64,000 bases of DNA from Desulfobacterales bacterium. GTDB lineage: Bacteria > Desulfobacterota > Desulfobacteria > Desulfobacterales > UBA2174. The translations under genes and the position numbers were made by a program. Below, in pieces: positions 54,401 to 63,400 of the stretch (the first letter of the stretch is position 1; each line of letters starts with the position of its first letter). The notes under the pieces were generated by a model that saw only the letters and a program-made list of their open reading frames with translations, did not search any database and was not told the DNA's origin. Location of the stretch: NCBI GenBank assembly GCA_963668645.2, contig CAXXWC010000021.1, positions 1,280,001-1,344,000 of the forward strand, in the 5' to 3' direction.

Positions 54401-57400
54401 GCCGCGCTGGTCACGATCACCGCCAGCCCGTTGTCATCCGCCCCCGGCAGGCCCGTAGTCGCCAGAGTCACGGATTTGGCGGCCGCGATGGCCGTGTCGA
54501 GATAGATCTGTTGGCCGGCAACCACCTCGACGGTCGAGTCCCCGTCGCCGAAGAACTGCGGTCCCTGCTCGCCGATCAGGGCTCCGGCCACGAGGCGGCC
54601 GTTGAGCACGACATCCTGGCCACCGACGATACGGATCGCCGTGCCGCCGCGCAGGGTGTTAAGCGTGGAAGTCGCGTGCACGTAAACGGAGATGCCCTCG
54701 GCGTTGGCGCCCCCGTCGGGCGCGCTTTCAGGAGCGTATCCGTTGCTGTCCACCCCGCCGAGCAGGGTAATGTCGCCCGTGATGTTGGCGTTGCCTTCCC
54801 AGTAGATCCACCGGTCGGACTGGAGCCACAGATCGGCGTCTTCCCCGAGCAGATTGATGTTGCCTCGGATGATGATGTCATCGGCACCGCTGACTGTGAG
54901 CCCCAGGCCGTCCTGCAAAGTGGTCAGGGTGCCGGTGAGCAAAAAGCCGTAGCCGCGCTGGCCGAAAAGTTCCGGCAGGCTCTGGATCTGGATCTCGTCC
55001 ACCACACCGTCGTTTTCCTGATCCAGGGCATAGACGAGATAGGTGTTGATCCCGTCGGAAAGGAGCCAGCGGTTCTCCTCGCCACCGGCGCCGGGCGCAT
55101 CATTGGCATAGTCCACTCCGGCCACGAAGGTGGTGCGCAGGGCCCGTTCGGGGGCCAGATCCGCATTGTAGAAGACCGTGGTGCTGTACTGGTCGTAGCC
55201 GGTTTCCTCGAGCACGCGGAAGCGCTGCTCGGCCGTCAGTTCGTCAAAAGGCGTACCCCAATCCGGCTGGGCGACTTCCTGCCAATTGATGTCGCTGTTC
55301 AGATAGTCGCCGCCCTCGCCCTGTTCGAAAGTCAACCGCAGGCGATAGGCTTCGGTAGCGTCTGGGTTGTACCAGACCTGGCCGCTGAAAATCCGGTAGC
55401 CCAGATGATCGAGGACCCGCTCCTGCTGGGCCGGGGTCAGGTCCGCGAAAGCCGTGTCTTCGCCCGGATCGCCGGCATCGCCCCAGGAAATATCCAGATT
55501 GCTGTAATCGGCGTTCTCATCGTCGCCCTGGACGAAGCTGGTGCGCACCGGCATTTCGCCCTGGGTCGGATCCATGTTCGGGTTGTAGAAGACCGCGCCG
55601 GCATAAAGCACATAGCCGAGGCTCTCGGCCACCAGGATGCGCTGGGCCAGGGTGAGGTCCTCGAAGCTGGCATTCTCTTCCGGAGCCGGCACGCCGCCCC
55701 AGTCGATGAGCCGGTAGTCGACATCCGCCGCGCGCCCCTCGGAGAAGGTATCCGTGATCTGCTGGCCGGTCGGGGCATCGAGTTTGACGAAAGTCAGGCC
55801 CTCGTAGACTTCATAACCCAGGGCATGGGCCACCACACGCTGCTGGGCCGCCGTCAGGCCGTCGAATCCGGTGCCGGCCGCCGGGGTGCCTGCATCGCCC
55901 CAGTAGATGTCATCGTTGCTGTAGTCGGTGACAAGGCCCTCGGTAAAGGTCGTCACCATCTGTCTGCCCGGTAGGGCCGCGTAGTTGTAAAATTCCAGCG
56001 AGCCTTCAAGCGTGTAGCCGAGCTGCTGGGCCACCGTGAGCCGCTGCAGGGCAGTCAGGTCGCCAAAAGCCGCCTCTGCCGCCGGTGCACCGCATACCGA
56101 CCAATCGATCTCGGCATTGGTGTAGTCGATCCCCTCTTCAAAACTATCGGCAAGCCCCTCGCCTTCCTTGTAGAAGAGCAGGTCGACCTTGTAGCCCAGG
56201 TAGGCCGCCACCACCAGCTTCTGGGCCACGGTCAGATTCTCGAAGGCGGTTCCGGCCGCCGGAGCCGCCACGCCGCCCCAGGAAACCTGGGCATTGTCGT
56301 AGTCGGCAGACTCGCCTTGGATCAGCGTCGTCACCACCTGCTGGCCGGGTGCGGCATCCAGGTTGATCAGCACCGTGCCCTGATAGACGAGATAACCGAG
56401 GTGTGCCGCCACGGCCTGCTTCTGGGCCAGGGTCAATTCGCTGAAAGACGTTCCGGCCACCGGCGCGCCGGCGCTACCCCAGGTGACATCCTGGCTGAGG
56501 TAGAAAATGGATGAACCGACTTCCAACTCGGCAAGGAAGCGACGCTCGGCATCGGCCGCAGGGTTGTAAAAACCGCCGTCGGTGTAAACCGCAAACCCCA
56601 GAGATTCGGCGATCTGGGCCTTGGCCGCATCGGAGAGGGAAGCGAACGGGGTATAACTGCTCACGCCTGTCAGGCCGGCGTTGGCCCCATCGATATCCAG
56701 GCCTGCCGAAACGAGCAGATCCAGCAGGGCCTGGCTCACCTGCCCGGCGGCGATGGCTTCGTACAGATCCGAGGACCCGCTGACCAGGACGACACCCGGA
56801 ATCGTGTCAAAATACTCGGCGTAGTCGTCCACCGTCGTGCCGTAGTCGAGGGTCATGCCGCCGGCGGCGGTAACAGCACCGGAAAGACGCATCTCACCTT
56901 CGGTGGAAAGCACCAGGGTGGTGTTTTCGCCGGTCTGGACCGGTGTCGGGCTCGCGCCGGTGTATTCGAAGCGGGCCCCCACCGTCACCGAAGCTCCCGA
57001 GTCGACATGCAGGTATTCAGGCGCCGACAAGGTGACGCTGGCATCGTCGTTGCGCGCGGCGACCAGAGCCCCTTCGGTGAGGCTGATGCCGGTGCCGGCC
57101 TGGACAGTGATGACGGCCCCGACACCGCTCAGCGGATTGCCGTCGGTGTCCGAACGCCCGGCAAAGATCGCCGCACCGCTGTAAATCGAATGAGAGGTTT
57201 CGATCGTCAGCGTGGCGCCGTCGTTCTGGACGCTGATCTCGCTGCCTGCGCCGGCGGTGATGCTGTTGGGCGAAATGCCCTGGAAGACCAGGGCACCCGT
57301 ACCGGTGCTGCCATTGACATGGATATCGAGCAGGTCCTGGCCCCGCAGCCAACCGCTGACCACGAGCTGTTCATCAAGCGTGATGTATGTCTCTTGCCCG

Positions 57401-60400
57401 GTAATGCCGGAAGCCGCCGGGCCCATCGGATCGGAGATGCTGGTGCGCTGCACCTCCATCACGTAAGCCTGGATTTGCAGCAGTTCGCTGGAGACCACGT
57501 CGCCAGCCACGGTCACCCGATCGCCCAACAGCAAGAGCGGATCGCGCAGTTGGGCCGTGAAATCGAACAAACCGACCGTGGCGTCGCGCACATCGCCGAT
57601 GATCACCTGCACGGCGTTCTCGTTGCGGTGGCCGAGAGTGATCCAGGTGAACCCGTCGGCCAGGGCCGAAAGATCGCCCATGCCCAACTCCATGAACCCG
57701 GTGGACCCGGCCGTGGAGTAATCTACCCCGAACCGCGATTGGGCGGCGCCGCCGATGCGGTAGCCCTGGGCAAGGGACTGGGTTCGAATGATCAGCTCTC
57801 CGGTTCCGCGAACATGGTCCGCCCCGGAGATGAAATCCACGTCATCGGCGATCAAGCGGATAGCGCCGCCGCTGCCGGTGGCCATCACCCCGCTTTCCAG
57901 CGAGAACAGGGCCTCGGGCGCAGCCAACTCCACGTCGATGTAGCCGCCAGGCGTGTAGAGACCTCCGTTGGTCCGCCCCCCGTCGCGGATCACCAGACTG
58001 TCGGCCTCGCGCACCACGATGTCGGCATAATCACCGGCCCCGGTGTTGACCAGGGTCAGGGTGCCCAGTTCGGTGTTCAACACCCCCTGGACCCCCACGG
58101 CCTGGAGGTTGAAATGTCCACCGGGAGCATTGAGGGTGGCCTCGCTGACATCCAAAAGCCCCGGGGTGGTGAGCTTCAGGCTGGTCGAGCCCCAGCTTTC
58201 ATCGGCCCCGCTCACCAGTCTCAAGGCTGTGGCCGCCGCAGTGTCGTTGATTTCGATGCGATCCAGACCGCCATCAAAGTCAACCCTGCGGTCGCCGTAA
58301 ACCATCCGGTTTTGCAGCAGTTCGATAGGTTGGGAAGAATCGATGTCGTCCAGGATCAAAACGCCGGTGCCGCCGCTGCCGCCGATGAGCTTCAGGTAGC
58401 CGGACAGATCAACGCTGATGGTGTCGTTACCCGCGCCCAGGGTGATCAGGGTGTCGGGCGAATCGGCGACCCGAATCTGGTTGTCTCCTGAGGACAGGGT
58501 AATGGTGTTGGTCCCGGAACCCATGTCGATGACAGCCCCGGCTTCGCCTCCGGTGAACTCGTCGCTGCCCCCGCCGCCTTCATAGTGGATCCCCGGCGTG
58601 GTGCCGCCAAAGAAGGTGTCATTCTCCAGCCCGCCGCGGATAATACTGTCCGGGGAACCGCTGAGGATAATGAAGGTATCCTCCCCGGCCCCGCCGTCGA
58701 AGTCGAGAGTGGCAGTAACGCCGGGTTGGACGACGATGGAATCCTTGCCGTCTCCTCCCCGCGCAACGATCTTCTTGACACCCGAAAATTCGACGGTTTC
58801 ACCCAAGGCGCTGATGATCACCGTATCCTGGATCACCGCACCGGTGCCCGAGTTGTACTTGGGCCGGATCACGTAGGCGGGGTTGACGATCTCATCGTAC
58901 ACGTCCGGCCCGTAGCGACCAGATTCGTTGCCCATGCTGAGATAGACCGTGTCGCCGATTTTGGTGGCGATCTGCGGGGGGCCTACCCAGCTCCAGGATT
59001 TGCTGAATCCGATGCTGATGCCGACGACGGTCACTTCGGCCGACAGGTAGGCCCTTACCGTAGTAAGCTCGATTTCACCACGGAATCCGGCCAAAGTCTT
59101 GTTGATCTCGAACAGGCCGAAATCGAGGCTGATGTCCAGTGATCCGTATACGCTGGCGGCAAAGCCTTCGTTACTGAGGGTCACCGACATGCCAGCCCTC
59201 AGCTTGACGATGTACATGTTCACGCTGATATCCACCGAACCGTGGACGCGGAATTGGCCGTTGGAACGGAAATACCCGTCGATGTGGATATCGATAAAGT
59301 TGAAGAAATTGATCGTCAACTCATTGATGGCGATTTCGAAAACACCATCCGTGTAAGACATGCTCAGATCGCCGATACCGGTAAAAAGCCCGATGCTCAC
59401 CTCGGCGTAAATACGAATCAGGAAGCTGTTGGGCGCCACCCCCAAGCGCTCGACCGAACCGGTGTTGATCTGGAAGTAGAAGTCTCCCTCAATGGTAACC
59501 ATCGGGATATCGAGGGTACCCACTTCCAGGGCCAGATCGATCACCAGCGCCCCGTCGCTGTAAATCCCGGCACCGCCTTTGACCCCGGCCCGGCCGAACC
59601 CGCCCAACTCCATGTAGGCGTTGAAGGTTACCTCGAAACCCTCGCTGCCCAACTTGAGGTAGAAGGCGCCCTTGATGATGAACGAGTCGTTGATGTTCAG
59701 CTCACCGCCGCCTTCGATCAGCAGGGTCGACGCTGCGATGGTCTCCTGTTTGAGCTCGTCGGAGACCCTGCCGGTCTCGGGATCGATCTGCAGACGGTAG
59801 ATGGTGGCCTCGGTGCTGCGGGTATTGATCGCCATCCGGAAGGTGCCGCTGAAACTGAAAAGATCGGTGCCGAAACCGCCGGCCAGATCCATGGCCAGAT
59901 TGCCCACCAATCCTTCGTCGTTGATGTCCAGATACCCGCTGACCGTCACGGTTCCGAGAATGACGATCTCGGCGCTGGCGGAAACGAAGATTTCGACGCC
60001 CTCTTCGCTGATGCTGAAGTAGAACATCCCCTCCATGACCAGGAGGTCGTCCAGCAGACTCAAACGTCCATCGCCTTCGATGACGATGTAGAAGCCGGCC
60101 TCGCCCTCATCGCCGCCTGGCCCAGGCGGGCCGGCGAAGATCGTCACACTGTCGTAGCCGACCGTCTCCCGATATGTCTCGGGCACTTCGAAGACGATCT
60201 CCTCGCCCGAGGTGTTCATCATGAATTTGAACGCGCACTCGAACCGGAATACGTCACCCAGGCCGATTTCGCCGGAAAGATCCAGCTTGATGGCGAAGTT
60301 GCCGTCCCAGCGGAATACCATCAGACCGAGGGCATCGAAGGTGAAAAGGCGCGCTTCGGGCGGGCCGACGTAGAGATTGGCGTCGGCAAAGACCGTCAAG

Positions 60401-63400
60401 GCCTCGCCGGTGACTTCAAGATAAAAAACTCCGGAAAGCCGGAACAGCTCGACCTCGCCCGGCCGGAAAACGAAGTCTCCGTCAAAGCCGATGCGGAAGG
60501 TGTTGGCCGGAATGGTAACCGTGGTGGTTTCACCCGGACCGAGGAGGATAAGGGCATCTTTGTCCTCACCGGTGGAATTGATCTCCAGCTTGGCCTCGGC
60601 CTCCAGGTCGAATCCGATATCGGTCAACAGGGATCCGGTTCTGGCTTCAAGGCTCAAAAGGCCCACGACCCCGCTGTCCCAATCGATTTCGAGGTAGCCG
60701 ATCGCCTGGAAGAAGAAGAGCGGATCATCCTCAATGCCGAGGCGCATCGTGGCGCTGATCTGCAGTTCGAGCTTGTCCATGCTCAGTTCGAACCGGAAAG
60801 CGCCTTCCATCTTGAAGACAGAAGCAATGGTCAGCCGGCCTGCGCCCTGGATCACCACGTAGGGTCCCGCCGACCCCAATGTGCCGTCGAGCTGGGGCGG
60901 GCCGCGCGGCACCATCACATAGGCCCCGTCACCGGTGCTGGTGGTCTCGGCCTCGTAAATGTGCAGGTGTGCGGCGTTGCCGGCGTCGGTCTCCACCACG
61001 TACCTGTTTGTCCCGTCATCGATTTCCCAGCGGCTGTCCTTGAAGATCTGGCGCACCGAAACGTTCGATCTTAATGGTTGGCCGTTGGCAGTGAAAACGG
61101 AACGCAGGGCCGCCGGCACACTGCCGGAAACGGTGCTGCCGTCTTCAGAGGTGCTTTCATTGAGAGCCGCTTTGATGGTGCCGTCACTATCTGTAGTGCT
61201 GAAAAGCAGATCTCCGGTGCCGAACTCCAAACTGTCGATGAACTTCTGGTCCAGATACCCCTTGGCTGGGTCGAGGAACAGGTCGGGGACCCGGAATTCC
61301 TGGGCATTGCCGCTGACAGTGGCGTTAATGTATAAATCGAACTCGGCGTCGAATTCGAGGATCCCCTCCATGCCGGCCTTAAGCGAAAGATTGATGCGGC
61401 CTGCAAATCCCGGGTCTTCGAAGTTGACGATGATCAGCCCCAAGGCATCGAATTCGAGAATCGGCCGGCTTTCGGGTCCCAGGGTCAAATCGGCCTTGGC
61501 GAACATCTCGGCCCGGGAAGTGCTGATCTGCATGTGGAAGACGCCGCTCATACGGAACAGCTCTTCGGAGTCCTCCTCGATGGGCGGGATCTTGAACTTG
61601 AGCGCTCCGGCCAAGGACAGCGCGAAAGTGTAAGGCGACAGAACGAAGGTCTGGGCCTCGCCGTAGAAAATCAGTTGATCGCCGCTCTTGTCGATGAAGT
61701 ACTGGGTCTGGACGTCGCCCTGGTTGACGTAGATCTTCCAGCGTTTGCCCGATTCGACCCCCTGGACACTGAAGGTCGCGGTCTCTGGAATCTGGATCCC
61801 GTTGGCGCTGAAGGCGCTGCGCACCGATTCCGGTAAAACCGTCAGGAAATTCTTGGGGTCGAGATCCTGGGGCAGTTCGTCGCTGATCCCGTTGTCCTCG
61901 ATTGAAAAGAGGACATCCCCCTTGATCCCTTCCAGGAAAATAACCTCGGTCTTCTCCTCGCTGGTGGCGTTGACCTGTAACAAGACTTCGGCGTCAGCCT
62001 CAATGCCGATCTCGCGCAACTTCTCCAGGTTGGTCTCCAGCTTGAGCACGCCCCAGAACTGCAGCTTGTTGGTGCCGAAGATCGACGAGGCGCTGGCATC
62101 GTCATCCGGTGTTTCGCCGATACTCAGGACAAAGCGTCCGGCCGCCGATCCGATATTGCCCAGATAGAACAGTTTCAGGGTGGCGTTGACATCCAGCAGG
62201 AAGCGGGCCTTCTGGATTTCTTGGGTCGCCTGATCGCGGATGATGTCGATGCTCAGCTCGACGCGCCCTTCTAGAGCGATAAGCGGATCGGCCACCCCGT
62301 CGCCGTCGTAATCCGGTGTAAAGCCGCCGGCGTTGAGCTCGACGAAGCCTTCGATAATAAATCGGACGGATTCGGCCTGATCGATTATCCTGAACTTGTG
62401 GCTTCCGCCTTGGTTGGTGTTGCCCTGCAGGTCGGCATAGCTGCCTGCGATGAAGCTCACGTCCACCAGGCCTTCGGCGAAGCTGCCGCTGTAATAATAC
62501 TTGTAGGTATTTTCGCTGCCTTCGACCTTCTCGACGACCCCGGTGAGCACGATCCCGGCCGCCGCATTTTCGATTTCAACGGTGTTGGGATTGTCCACAC
62601 TGTTGAACCGGAATTCGGGATCCGAATCCAGGATGGAAGACTCGTCAAGACCCAGGCCTGTCAGATCGTTGAAAGTAATCAGGATGTAGCCCCGATCGTC
62701 CATCGTGGCCCGGTCGGCCATCCCCTCCTCGCCCGGATCGGTAAGCGTCGCCGTAGGCGCCCGCAGGCTGATGGTTTCCGTCTCGGCGATGTTGGTGTAA
62801 CCCGGATTGCCGTCAGCGTCCTGATCCTGCCAACTGCCGGCGAAAAACTCCACCGTCAGTTCGCCGGGAACGAAGGTGCCGGTAAATTTGTACCGGAAAA
62901 TCCCTCCGCCGAGATCTTGCACGGCATCGGGATCGATCAAGAGGTCGTTGATAATCGTGACATCATTGACCGCGCTTCCGGTCAGGGCAAATTCGGGGAA
63001 TGCATCGGTGATGGAGCCGGCATCCAAGGCGTTGCCGGTAGTGCTTTTGAACCGGATATCGATGTATTGGGCACCGTTGATGCGGCTCAGGCCATAGATG
63101 CTGCCGTCCAGCAGGTCGACCGCGTCGCCGCTGGAATCGACGACATCGGCAACTGGACCGGTGACCAGGAAAGTCTCTATTTGAGCCAGGTTTGTGTATC
63201 CGGCGGCGTCGAGAATCGTGCCGGGAGCGAATTCTATGGTTACCTCTCCGGGCGTGAACACGATACCGGTGGGCAGGGCATAGCGGAAAACTCCGTTCCC
63301 GAGCGACTCTGCCGGCGGCCCCCGGATCTCGAAGGCTTCGCCGGCCATCGAGATCGTAAAAATCAAGGTATCTGCCGCTGCACCGGTTATGGCCTCCTCT

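Noticed and set aside
28181..61074. Many long plus-strand ORFs opposite the giant gene (e.g. 45310-48345, 1011 aa; 33031-34857; 59242-61074)
   Set aside because: Antisense shadows of a GC-rich coding frame; no recognisable motifs, and their repeats mirror the real gene.
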